64,000 bases of DNA, taken from assembly GCA_022447525.1 (NCBI GenBank), contig JAKVBA010000002.1, positions 8,411 through 72,410 of the forward strand, written 5' to 3'. The notes under the pieces are model-generated. The model was given only the letters and a program-made list of their open reading frames with translations. It was not told the DNA's origin and made no database searches. This DNA comes from Gammaproteobacteria bacterium. GTDB taxonomy: Bacteria; Pseudomonadota; Gammaproteobacteria; Arenicellales; Arenicellaceae. Position numbers and translations under genes: made by a program. Positions 19,398 through 29,195 of this stretch are shown in pieces (position 1 is the first letter of the stretch; each line of letters opens with the position of its first letter).

Positions 19398-20165
19398 CTA
19401 ATTCAATATTTCTCTAATCGGGTTAACGATCATGGAGTCTGGTGTCAAACTTGGATTTTCAGGCAAGTATTTAGCTACTCTTCTCAGCCATGCGTTGACG
19501 GTAGGATCTAATATGATGGATTTGTCTGTAGAAACACCAAACATGTAGCTCCAAACTATGTTTGGATATACAGCCAGATCGAGCATACTTGGCGATTGCA
19601 AACCACCAATAAACGGACCAGGGCCAATATGCGATTTTAGCTCGTTCAATATACGAAGATTCATATCTTCGATGCGCTCAGACAGATCCATACTAGTAGC
19701 CATGTTCTGTATAAAAGGCGCACGCCTTAATAAAAGCGGCCAGACTATCCTCAGAGGAATTGGTACCGGCGAGTTTGTGTTCATAAGTGTTGCCAGGCGC
19801 CATGACCGGCGTAGATACTGAAAGTTGATTTTACCGTCAACGGCTGGCCGGAAAATATTGAGTAAAAATGTATTGCTAACCCAATCATCGATTTTTCGGA
19901 TCGATTGTGCCGCCTCTGCTGGACAAAGAGGTTTGTTTGGAAATTCTTGATCTAACCAGTACGCGTGCTCGGAGGACTCATGTCGCCATTCGTCACCAAT
20001 TTGCAACACTGGCACTTGATTGCTGTCTGTAAATCCAATGGTTTTTTTTGGATTTATTGGATCAACGGGGACATGGGTGAAGTCAACTCCTTTGTAGTAC
20101 AGGAAACATGTCGATTTACGAACAAACGGGCTGTTCGCGTATCCATATAATTTGATCTTTTTCAT
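19398..20165 (-). CDS. Glutathione S-transferase-like protein
   Basis: 255 aa. Thioredoxin-like N-terminus (KLYGYANSPFVRKSTCFLYYKGVDF ... VPVL), then a helical C-terminal domain. Confidence 0.7.
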   Translation of the reverse strand: MKKIKLYGYANSPFVRKSTCFLYYKGVDFTHVPVDPINPKKTIGFTDSNQVPVLQIGDEWRHESSEHAYWLDQEFPNKPLCPAEAAQSIRKIDDWVSNTFLLNIFRPAVDGKINFQYLRRSWRLATLMNTNSPVPIPLRIVWPLLLRRAPFIQNMATSMDLSERIEDMNLRILNELKSHIGPGPFIGGLQSPSMLDLAVYPNIVWSYMFGVSTDKSIILDPTVNAWLRRVAKYLPENPSLTPDSMIVNPIREILN

Positions 20166-20559
20166 AAAATAAAGCCCAGCTAGACATTAACCACCAAAGG
20201 TCAAATAGAGATAGAGCCTTTGATTCGAACTGTTATCACTACTCTGCAAGGGTATTACTGACGATAAAACTTGGACACTCCTAACGATGCAGCGTTAGAT
20301 TTCAGTAAACGCTAACAGACGCGTGTTGGTCAAGTGTTGAGTGTAAGGATAGTCAACTTTACAGATCGAGATGGCAATAAAGCTTTTTGAATCAATTTTC
20401 CTTACTTTGGATGAACAAGTTATCTAAATCTGGGTTCACTACATATTCATAAAGCGATGCAACAGAAAAGCTTCTCACCAACTTTGAATGAGCTTATTGC
20501 GAATACAACAACGCTTGTTGGCACTACTACAGCAAAATTATTTTGTTGAATTTTCGTGA

Positions 20560-21063
20560 TTAGACTTGACCACTGGTGATAAGAGTAATTGCAGCGACAA
20601 CATATAAGCCTGCTGTGAGGATACTTCCAATAGAACGCACATGGTTAAATCGAGTCCAACTCTTCACATAGTAGGTCCAATACGTCTGTGCTTCTTGGGT
20701 AGTATGGTCGTATTGTTGCAACTTATTGTTCATAGGCACATTGCCAAACACAGTCATTAAAAAGACTGATGGGATATATACAAGGCAGGCCAGAGCGATG
20801 GTTTTAACTGCAGTACCGTCAAAGGCTTTGATGCTATACATAAGAAATAGAATAGAAAATGCTGCAATCGCAACGATACCTACGACAAATTGGGTTTTGA
20901 TTACCTTTCGGTTAATCTGTTGCATGGATTCTATTGCGCCAGCGGGTGTTGTTTGCGAAAGAGCCGCCATTACAAATTCGGAAAAAGCAGAAAAAACACC
21001 GGCAATTAATGCGGACCATAGGGCCAAAAATAGGCAAAAGTACAGAGCCCAGTGATAGATCAT
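20560..21063 (-). CDS. DUF1772 (anthrone-oxygenase-like) membrane protein
   Basis: Four TM segments with the GNVPMN motif typical of DUF1772. The ORF opens at 21129, but Met23 (21063) begins the first TM, so I prefer it as the start. Confidence 0.65.
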   Translation of the reverse strand: MIYHWALYFCLFLALWSALIAGVFSAFSEFVMAALSQTTPAGAIESMQQINRKVIKTQFVVGIVAIAAFSILFLMYSIKAFDGTAVKTIALACLVYIPSVFLMTVFGNVPMNNKLQQYDHTTQEAQTYWTYYVKSWTRFNHVRSIGSILTAGLYVVAAITLITSGQV

Positions 21064-21453
21064 AATTTTGATTCCTGATTTTAGTTTGTAGAATTGAATG
21101 AGGGACAATTGGTCCAACGATGTGGTCACGAGCCCCCAACTGTATATTGCAATTTTAGATTAGTGGTAGAGCAATCTAAGCAACGCGATTGTCTCTTTAA
21201 ACTCAAAACATCTCCGCAAAGACATCAAAGATGTCGTGATTAAATCTCAATGGAAGAATCTTGCTGCGCAAAAAACGCAAATAGACAAGTCATGGGTATC
21301 CGTTACTAAAGCAGCGTATGTGGATATTAGCGAACAGTTCAATGGTGTGTTAAGGAGAAACTAGCTGATCATCAGCTCACCCTATGATTTGGAAGACCAC
21401 CCGCCGCCAGCTTGAAGCGTTGAATATGAATAAAAAGTTGGTGAATGCCAAGC

Positions 21454-22326
21454 TCATGACGTTGCCTCCCAAACTCCAGTGCCTGCAACTTCCTTCGCAA
21501 AATCCGAAAAGTCTTTTGGTTGACGACCAAGTGCACGATGTACACCATCACAGAGAGAGGCATTTCTGCCATCTAATACGGTTGAGAACAGATAATCAAG
21601 CATCCAAACTACGTCTTTGGGCGCGCCAGACTCCTCAACTTGAGAGATGAAAATTCTATGTGGAACATCGACATAGCTAATGTCTCGCCCAGTTGCCAAT
21701 GATAAATCATGACAAATATCAGCAATAGTCATTAGTCTAGGGCCAGTAACTTCATAGATCTGCCCTTTGTGAGTATCCTCGCAAAGCGCCGCGACCACCA
21801 CATCGGCGATATCATTGACGTCGACAAATGGTTCCAATTGATTGCTTGAGGGCAATGTTATAGCTCCATCGAGAACCATATTGACGAAAGCGCCCTCGGA
21901 GAAATTTTGATTGAACCAGCTTGACCTTACGATCGTCCATTCGAGTCCTGAGTTCTGAACTATACGCTCGCACTTTTGAGCTTCTGCTTCTCCTCTACCA
22001 GATAAGAGGACTAAACGCTTTACCCCATGCATCTTAGTCAGGTTGATAAATGCCTGAATCGCGTCAGGCGCTCCCGGCATAGCAAGATCGGGAGAATATG
22101 TAATGTATACCGATTTTACATTTGTTAATGCAGAGACCCAGCTTTGTTCGTTGTCCCAATCAAATTCTGGAGTTGAAGATCTGGAACCAATTCTTACAGG
22201 ATGTCCTTTGTCCTTTAGGCGCTTTGCTACTCGACGCCCGGTCTTGCCGGTGCCTCCTAAGACTAATATTAGATCGTTTGCTTTGCTTGCTGGTTTCATT
22301 GGCTTGTTCCTATAGTTAGATAACAA
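21454..22326 (-). CDS. NmrA-like / atypical SDR NAD(P)-binding protein
   Basis: 290 aa. Rossmann motif ILVLGGTGKTGRRVAKRLKDKG and NmrA-like length. Confidence 0.85.
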   Translation of the reverse strand: MLSNYRNKPMKPASKANDLILVLGGTGKTGRRVAKRLKDKGHPVRIGSRSSTPEFDWDNEQSWVSALTNVKSVYITYSPDLAMPGAPDAIQAFINLTKMHGVKRLVLLSGRGEAEAQKCERIVQNSGLEWTIVRSSWFNQNFSEGAFVNMVLDGAITLPSSNQLEPFVDVNDIADVVVAALCEDTHKGQIYEVTGPRLMTIADICHDLSLATGRDISYVDVPHRIFISQVEESGAPKDVVWMLDYLFSTVLDGRNASLCDGVHRALGRQPKDFSDFAKEVAGTGVWEATS

Positions 22327-22388
22327 GACAAATTCTATTCGCTAGCCCACGAACGTTTCTTGTCTGCGGATGACAGATTTTTGACAGA

Positions 22389-23420
22389 TTACGTCAAAAT
22401 AAATGTTTTAGAAGTATTTGAGCTTAATCTATAAGATCGTGGTGTTTGTCCAGCCCAACGTTTAAAGGCCCGGTTAAAACCACTTTGTTCAGAGAATCCT
22501 GTTAAAAAAGCTATTTCTGAGAGCGTGTAGTCTGTTTCGCGAAGTAGTCTCTTGGCCAGATCTTTTCGAGCCATATCCACGACGCGCTGAAATGAGTGTC
22601 CACTCTCAGTCAATCTTCTTTGTAAGGTTCGACTACCCAGACCCAATTGTGAAGCGATGAAGGAGAGTGTCGGGACACCATCACTCAAGGAGTTAGCGAC
22701 GGTTGCACGCACCATCTTTTCTAATGCTTCATCGTTACTTACGGCAGCGAGTTCATTCTCTAGATGGGCATCAAAAAACTGGGCAATGGTTTTGTCTCCT
22801 AAAGCGTTTGTCGCAGCTAAGTGTTCTTCACTCACGAGAAGCGCATCTCGGCCTGAATCAAAATAAACTGGACAGCCGAAATGTGACTCGAAAACTGAGA
22901 CTTCACCTCGTGAGTGATGTTTAAAAAACACAGCTAAGGGTATGAAATTAGAGGTGCTGACTTCTTTGCTAATCATGTTAACGGCGGACATGCTGGCTTC
23001 GTTCGACAGCGACATACCCAGGCTACCGTCACCTGCTTTTTCAAGGTTGAAAAACCAACCAACTTCACTTTTTTGTAAACTGTAGGTCTCGGCGGTTCCC
23101 AATATGCGCCCATACCTTGCGGCTCTGTGATAGGAATCGCGCAAAGTTGGAGCTGACTTCCAGGCTAATCCAAATGCACCGTATTCGTTGCTTCTCATTG
23201 TCGCACCAATTCTTAGAGGCAGAGAAACTCCATCAGGATCGCGTGATACCAAAGTCGCAAAAAAATCATAAAACTTATGGGAAGCCACCATAAGCTTTGG
23301 ATCTATAGGACTATTAGGTTTCATTCCCAACTTAAACAACAAGTCATCCGTTTCCACTCCTATACTTGTGTGGCTCAGAACTTTGTGGACATACAGCGAT
23401 GTAATCAGGCTCATTCCCAT
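22389..23420 (-). CDS. AraC-family transcriptional regulator with an N-terminal AraC-type ligand-binding domain
   Basis: 343 aa. C-terminal double HTH (LSEIAFLTGFSEQSGFNRAFKRWAGQTPRSYR). Confidence 0.85.
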   Translation of the reverse strand: MGMSLITSLYVHKVLSHTSIGVETDDLLFKLGMKPNSPIDPKLMVASHKFYDFFATLVSRDPDGVSLPLRIGATMRSNEYGAFGLAWKSAPTLRDSYHRAARYGRILGTAETYSLQKSEVGWFFNLEKAGDGSLGMSLSNEASMSAVNMISKEVSTSNFIPLAVFFKHHSRGEVSVFESHFGCPVYFDSGRDALLVSEEHLAATNALGDKTIAQFFDAHLENELAAVSNDEALEKMVRATVANSLSDGVPTLSFIASQLGLGSRTLQRRLTESGHSFQRVVDMARKDLAKRLLRETDYTLSEIAFLTGFSEQSGFNRAFKRWAGQTPRSYRLSSNTSKTFILT

Positions 23421-24223
23421 AGGTTAAGAGAATATTTGTATTTTTTCACCCATCTATAGCCAATAGTCGAGCTCTTTATTTCTTTGGTGCCAGAGAACTT
23501 ATCCAAATTGCTAATGACTTATATTTGGTTTCCCCTAGTTTGCTTCCCGGATACAGGCTCCGCAAACTTCGTTCCTAGGTCTGAACCATCGTTCGAGCAT
23601 TACCCCGCGACCAAGAATAATTCGCCATAAGGCAGTAGATGGCTGAGATTGGTGTTGGATTTTCATGAAGGATACCCAAAGTCGTTATAATTAGTAGGCA
23701 CTTCTTATGTCGAAATAGGGCTTTCTGCGCGATTATAAATCATGCGGTAGTGAGAATACGGTTCGATTGCATAGTTAGGCATAAATACTTTATCCGCAAA
23801 GACAAAAAACTGCATCGAGGACAACTTGCCTAAGCGTGGCTTCAAAGTGAGTGTTGATCTGCTGGCTTTTGTTTGAAACTTATTGGCGAAGTATAGAGCA
23901 AAATCTTACGGTCACTGCCAATGCATCAATAGGGGTTTGTAGTACGCCTGAAACAAACGTTACTGCCTTTACTTACATAACACTTGAAACATTGAATCTC
24001 AAAACCCTCATGAGGAATACTGCAGGTTTAGTACGCCAAGTAGACAGTTGGCTGTCGTTAGATCATAGCAATGAGCCGGTTTTTAGCCTTTGATGGGCGC
24101 CTTCGGATACCGCGCCGGACCTTTCAGCGCAAGCAAAATCGTAAGAGAATTTGCTCCTACACTAGGCTTTCGCCCTTGAGGCGAAATACGGGATGAAAAA
24201 CCTGTAACCAACTAATTTGGAAG

Positions 24224-25276
24224 TCATTTTAAGCCGGTGTTGATGGCACTTAATGCGGCAGAACCAGGGCAGAGAGTATTTTCTCTTAACTGACTCAGCG
24301 GCGTCTCAGGTAGGTTTAAGATGTCGTGAAAGTTATCGGATTCTGGTTCCAAGTAAATCAAGCCAGTTAACAGTTTGTCCTCCGATTTGTGTTTGTGCAG
24401 AACTTTGATTGCATTGACCCTGTCCGTTGGGTCGTAATTGTCGTTTAGTTTACTTAGGCGTACTGAGTCACCATTATGTAGTGCTACTTCTTGGGTTGAT
24501 CCCTTGATTTGATCTAAAGTGATTTCCTGCTCCATGGGAACGAAATCAACCACAGAACCCGCTTGCACGTGTTCACGAGTGTAGTCATAGCTCTTGGTAG
24601 AACCAGGATGATTATTAAAGGTCACGCACGGTGAGACCACATCAAGTAATGCAAAGCCTTTATGGGACATAGCAGCTTGGAGCAGTGGCACCAATTGATC
24701 TTTGTCGCCAGAGAAACTTCTTGCTACAAATGTTGCTCCCAGTTCAAGTGCCAAAGCGACTAAGTCAATCGATTCAAACGGATTTATTTTTCCTTTCTTG
24801 GATTTATGCCCCTCGTCGGCGGTAGCTGAGTCTTGACCTTTCGTTAGGCCATAACAACCATTGTTCTCCACGATGTAGGTCATGTTTAGATTGCGACGAA
24901 TAACATGTGCAAATTGTCCCATACCTATTGAAGCCGTGTCGCCATCTCCAGAGACACCTATATACAATAAGTCACGGTTTGCCACATTTGCTCCTGTGGT
25001 CACGGAGGGCATACGGCCGTGTACCGAATTAAACCCGTGGGCCTTATTCAAGAAGTAGTTGGGTGATTTTGATGAACAGCCAATCCCTGACATTTTAGCG
25101 ACTCTATGCGGTGGAATGTTTAATGCCCAAACCGCCTGCATAATCGAGGCGCTGATTGAGTCATGGCCACAGCCAGCACAAAGAGTAGAAATTCCACCTT
25201 CGTAGGCCTGAGTAGTCAAGCCCAGTGCATTGGTTGGCGCACTAGGGTGGCGAAAACTTGGTTTGATAAAGCTCAT
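24224..25276 (-). CDS. korB: 2-oxoacid:ferredoxin oxidoreductase beta subunit (TPP-binding)
   Basis: 350 aa. Cys motif LCAGCGH and TPP motif GDGD-x25-NN (GVSGDGDTASIG...YIVENNGCYGLTKGQ). Confidence 0.9.
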   Translation of the reverse strand: MSFIKPSFRHPSAPTNALGLTTQAYEGGISTLCAGCGHDSISASIMQAVWALNIPPHRVAKMSGIGCSSKSPNYFLNKAHGFNSVHGRMPSVTTGANVANRDLLYIGVSGDGDTASIGMGQFAHVIRRNLNMTYIVENNGCYGLTKGQDSATADEGHKSKKGKINPFESIDLVALALELGATFVARSFSGDKDQLVPLLQAAMSHKGFALLDVVSPCVTFNNHPGSTKSYDYTREHVQAGSVVDFVPMEQEITLDQIKGSTQEVALHNGDSVRLSKLNDNYDPTDRVNAIKVLHKHKSEDKLLTGLIYLEPESDNFHDILNLPETPLSQLRENTLCPGSAALSAINTGLK

Positions 25277-25299
25277 GATATTTCTCCAGCGCTAATTCT

Positions 25300-27165
25300 C
25301 TAGGCTGATTTAACAACGCTGTCAGTTTTTAAATTGTTCTCAATGCCTTCTCTGATTTGAGTGGCGCTGATCGGATCACCATTAAACTCAAGTACCGATT
25401 GAAGGTCTCTCGGGGCCACTTCAAGTTCATTTACTAGAAGTGTTTTCATTTGTGCATCACGATTTTGCTCCACCACAAAAATTTGGTCGTGTTGATCAAT
25501 GAATGCCTTGACTTCATCACTAAAAGGGAAAGCCAACACTCGAAGGTCATTGACCGCCACGCCGTCAGCACTCATCTGGTCTAGAGCCTCATGAGTTGCT
25601 GCCATGCTCGTGCCATAGTGAATGACCCCTATGCCATTACCGCTACTGCTACTACTAGCAGCGCGATTCGTTATTTCGGGCTTTGGTAGATACTCTGGGG
25701 CTGTTTTCCATTTCACCAGTAATCGTTCCATATTGCGTTGGTACGCCTCGCCTTTTTCAGTATAGATTGCATACTCGTCTCGAGACGTGCCCCTCGTGAA
25801 GAACGCGCCTTTTTCAGCGTGTGTACCTGGAATCGTACGATTTGGAATCCCATCGCCATCAATATCAAGATATCGGCCAAAACGATCCATATTATCTAGG
25901 TCTTCAGCACTTAGAACTTTACCACGATCAAATTCTCGACTGTCGTCCCACTCGAGGTCGTCGCAAATGTGCTCGTTCATACCCAAGTCTAAATCGGTAA
26001 GCATAATCACCGGTGTTTGTAGTCTTTCGGCGATATCAAATGCGTCAGCAGTTAGTTCAAAACACTCTTTTGGTGTGGCAGGAAACAGACAAACTTGCTT
26101 TGTGTCACCGTGAGAGGCGTAGGCTGATATCAATAAGTCTGACTGCTGTGTTCTGGTCGGCATCCCCGTTGATGGACCTGCACGTTGTACATCGATTAAT
26201 ACAGCAGGAACTTCCGCGAAATAGGCTAAGCCCAAAAATTCCTGCATCAATGAAACACCTGGTCCGCTGGTGGCGGTGAAAGAGCGGGCTCCGTTCCAAT
26301 TTGAACCAATCACCATCCCAATAGCAGATAGCTCGTCTTCAGCTTGAATAATGGCGAAATTGTTTTTACCAGTCTCTGGGTCTTTACGAAGTTTATTGGC
26401 GTACTTTTCGAAACCTTCGGCGACAGAGGTTGACGGCGTAATTGGGTACCAAGCACATACAGTTGCACCTCCGTACACCGCACCAAGGCCGCATGCAGCA
26501 TTGCCTTCTAGCATGATTTTACCGTCGTTTTTATTGCGGCGTTCAAGCTGAATTGGAAGCGGTTCGTTAAATGCTTTCTTGGCTTCATCAAAGCCAAGTT
26601 GCAGTGCAGAAACGTTTGGCTCTATCAGCTTTGGTTTGGCTTTAAACGTATCAGCTACGATGCTTTCTAAAGCTGAGAACTCGATACCAATTAGGTAGGA
26701 GAGTGAACCTACGTAAATGATGTTTTTAAATAGCTGACGTCTACGCGGATCGTTAAACGTGGCATTTACGATTTGCGTTAATGGCAAACCGATGTAGTTA
26801 ATGTCATCGCGGATCAGTTTGAAATCCAGTGGGTAGGTGTTGTCATAGAAAAAATAACCGCCTTCACAAACTTCATTGACATCATCGGCCATGCTCTGTG
26901 GATTAACAGATACCATCAGTTCGACCTTGCCCGCACGACGGCCAAGATACCCCTGTTCGCAGATGCGCACTTCATACCAAGTAGGCGCGCCCTGAATATT
27001 AGATGGAAAAATATTTCTCGGACTAACCGGGATGCCCATTCTGAATATCGCTTTCGCGAACATGCTATTCGCACTGGCAGAACCGGATCCATTAACGTTG
27101 GCAAACTTAACGACAAAGTCGTTGACTTTTTTATTCATCAGCGGTGGCGTACTGATTGGGCTCAT
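25300..27165 (-). CDS. korA: 2-oxoacid:ferredoxin oxidoreductase alpha subunit (fused gamma+alpha domains)
   Basis: 621 aa. N-terminal gamma-type domain (FANVNGSGSASANSMFAKAIFRMGIPV), then an alpha domain (GNAACGLGAVYGGATVCAWYPITPST, TSGPGVSLMQE). The start overlaps the upstream gene's stop by 4 nt. Confidence 0.9.
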   Translation of the reverse strand: MSPISTPPLMNKKVNDFVVKFANVNGSGSASANSMFAKAIFRMGIPVSPRNIFPSNIQGAPTWYEVRICEQGYLGRRAGKVELMVSVNPQSMADDVNEVCEGGYFFYDNTYPLDFKLIRDDINYIGLPLTQIVNATFNDPRRRQLFKNIIYVGSLSYLIGIEFSALESIVADTFKAKPKLIEPNVSALQLGFDEAKKAFNEPLPIQLERRNKNDGKIMLEGNAACGLGAVYGGATVCAWYPITPSTSVAEGFEKYANKLRKDPETGKNNFAIIQAEDELSAIGMVIGSNWNGARSFTATSGPGVSLMQEFLGLAYFAEVPAVLIDVQRAGPSTGMPTRTQQSDLLISAYASHGDTKQVCLFPATPKECFELTADAFDIAERLQTPVIMLTDLDLGMNEHICDDLEWDDSREFDRGKVLSAEDLDNMDRFGRYLDIDGDGIPNRTIPGTHAEKGAFFTRGTSRDEYAIYTEKGEAYQRNMERLLVKWKTAPEYLPKPEITNRAASSSSSGNGIGVIHYGTSMAATHEALDQMSADGVAVNDLRVLAFPFSDEVKAFIDQHDQIFVVEQNRDAQMKTLLVNELEVAPRDLQSVLEFNGDPISATQIREGIENNLKTDSVVKSA

Positions 27166-28997
27166 GCTGCAGCCTCCGACGATTTTTTGCCTGAAGTTTG
27201 TTCAATCAAAATAGGTGCTGGCTGATCCCCAGCTTTTGTGACGGTATATAGGTATTTCTGCATGTCCCATGCCGAAGTCGGGCAGCGCTCAGCGCATAAT
27301 CCGCAGTGCAGACACACGTCTTCGTCTTTGATCATTGCGCGCCCAGTGGCTAGATCTTCAGAAACGTACAAATCGGTTTCCAAATTTAGACTCGGCGCCG
27401 TTAAACGATCACGCAATGGTGTGCCGTCGTTATGTGTGAATGTGATGCAGTTTGTCGGGCATATATCCGTACAGGCGTCGCACTCAATACATTTTTCTTC
27501 AACGAAGACCGTTTGTACGTCGCAGTTTAAACATCTTTCGGCCTCGGTGAACGCCACTTCAGGTGAAAAACCGATTTCGGATTCGATCTTGCGACTAGCG
27601 AGTGCTTGCTCAACCGGTAAATGAGCTGAAGCTTGACGATCATCATCGATGACTGCGCTGTCATAGGCCCACTGATGTATACCCATCTTGGTACTAACCA
27701 AGTTGGTGCCAGGTTCCGGGCGTTCTTCTTTAACCGACTTGCCGTTAAGGTAAAGATCGATTGAAATTGCCGCCTGATGACCATGGGCAACTGCAGTAAT
27801 AATGTTTTCTGGACCGAAGGCGGCATCACCGCCAAAGAACACTCTCTGGTTGGTCGATTGAAAACTGGTTTTGTCCACAATCGGCATTTCCCATTCGCCA
27901 AATTCGATGCCAATGTCTTTTTCGATCCAAGGAAAAGCATTGTCTTGACCAATAGCCATGATGGCATCGGTACATTCTATCGTGACGATTTCGCCCGTTT
28001 CCGTGATCGTACGTTTGCCATTTTCGTCGTAGGTCGACTCTACAACGCTAAATGTCATGCCAACTAGTTTGCCACCTTCGACTAAAAATTCTTTAGGACT
28101 ATGATTGGCGAGGATCGGAATGCCTTCATTCAATGTATCCTCTTTTTCCCACGGAGACGCTTTCATGGCCTCGTAAGTAGAGCGAACAGTAACGGCTACT
28201 TCGTCGCCACCGATCCGTTTAGCGGTTCGACAACAATCCATGGCGGTGTTACCACCACCGACAATAACGACTTTTTTGCCAATTTCTTTGGTGTGCTCAA
28301 AGGCAACGCTCTCAAGCCAATTAATTCCGATGTGGATGTTGGCATCGGCTTCTTCGCGCCCGGCGATTCTGAGGTCCTTGCCTTTTGGTGCGCCCGTGCC
28401 AACAAACACCGCATCGTAACCTTGATCCAATATACCTTTTAGGCTGTCAACTCGGGTGTTGAATATTTGTGAAACACCCATGTCCAGTACGTAGTCCACT
28501 TCTTGATCTAATACTTCTTCGGGCAACCTGAAGGAAGGAATTTGACTACGCATGAAGCCGCCACCTTTGGCGTTTTCGTCGTAAAGATCAATTTCATAAC
28601 CAAGTGGCATTAAATCCCGCGCTACTGTCAACGATGCTGGTCCGGCACCAATAAGTGCAATTCTTTTACCGTTTTTTGCGGTTGGGATCGCTGGTAGTCT
28701 CGAAGCCACATCCGCATCATTTTTATGGTCGGCTGCCACACGTTTGAGTCGACAAATTGCAACCGGCTCTTCATCTACGCGGCCACGTCTACAAGCGGGT
28801 TCACAGGGTCGGTCGCATGTTCTACCAAGAACACCGGGAAAAACATTGGATTCCCAGTTGACCATATAAGCATCGCTGTATCGACGTTTGCCAATAAGAC
28901 GAATATATTCGGGAACGGGTGTGTGCGCGGGACACGCATATTGGCAATCGACAACTTTATGAAAGTATTCTGGATTGCTGATGTCAGTAGCTTTCAT
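27162..28997 (-). CDS. GltD-like NAD(P)H-dependent flavoprotein fused to a C-terminal 2x[4Fe-4S] ferredoxin domain
   Basis: 611 aa. N-terminal Fe-S Cys cluster (CQYACPAHTPVPEY; CDRPCEPACRRG). Two dinucleotide-binding motifs (IALIGAGPASL; VVIVGGGNTAMDCC). C-terminal CIECDACTDICP and CLHCGLCAERCP. Confidence 0.85.
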   Translation of the reverse strand: MKATDISNPEYFHKVVDCQYACPAHTPVPEYIRLIGKRRYSDAYMVNWESNVFPGVLGRTCDRPCEPACRRGRVDEEPVAICRLKRVAADHKNDADVASRLPAIPTAKNGKRIALIGAGPASLTVARDLMPLGYEIDLYDENAKGGGFMRSQIPSFRLPEEVLDQEVDYVLDMGVSQIFNTRVDSLKGILDQGYDAVFVGTGAPKGKDLRIAGREEADANIHIGINWLESVAFEHTKEIGKKVVIVGGGNTAMDCCRTAKRIGGDEVAVTVRSTYEAMKASPWEKEDTLNEGIPILANHSPKEFLVEGGKLVGMTFSVVESTYDENGKRTITETGEIVTIECTDAIMAIGQDNAFPWIEKDIGIEFGEWEMPIVDKTSFQSTNQRVFFGGDAAFGPENIITAVAHGHQAAISIDLYLNGKSVKEERPEPGTNLVSTKMGIHQWAYDSAVIDDDRQASAHLPVEQALASRKIESEIGFSPEVAFTEAERCLNCDVQTVFVEEKCIECDACTDICPTNCITFTHNDGTPLRDRLTAPSLNLETDLYVSEDLATGRAMIKDEDVCLHCGLCAERCPTSAWDMQKYLYTVTKAGDQPAPILIEQTSGKKSSEAAA

Positions 28998-29195
28998 GGA
29001 GCCAAACTTCAGTATTATCTGATTTTCTTAGACTTAAACCACGCCGTGGAAGCGGTACGTGGATCTTTAACTCAAGCGTAAAAATGACACGCTTTCGAGA
29101 ATACTAGCATGCGTTTCGTGGACACGTACACGCATTTTTACAGAAGTATTACAACTTGGCTTATAAAAACAAATTGGCCAGATAATATCAGCGAT

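Noticed and set aside
23851-24093. 80-codon ORF in the araC-korB gap
   Set aside because: It has a GTG start, no RBS, an odd composition (Thr/Leu/Asn-rich) and no recognisable motif. The evidence is not enough to call a gene.
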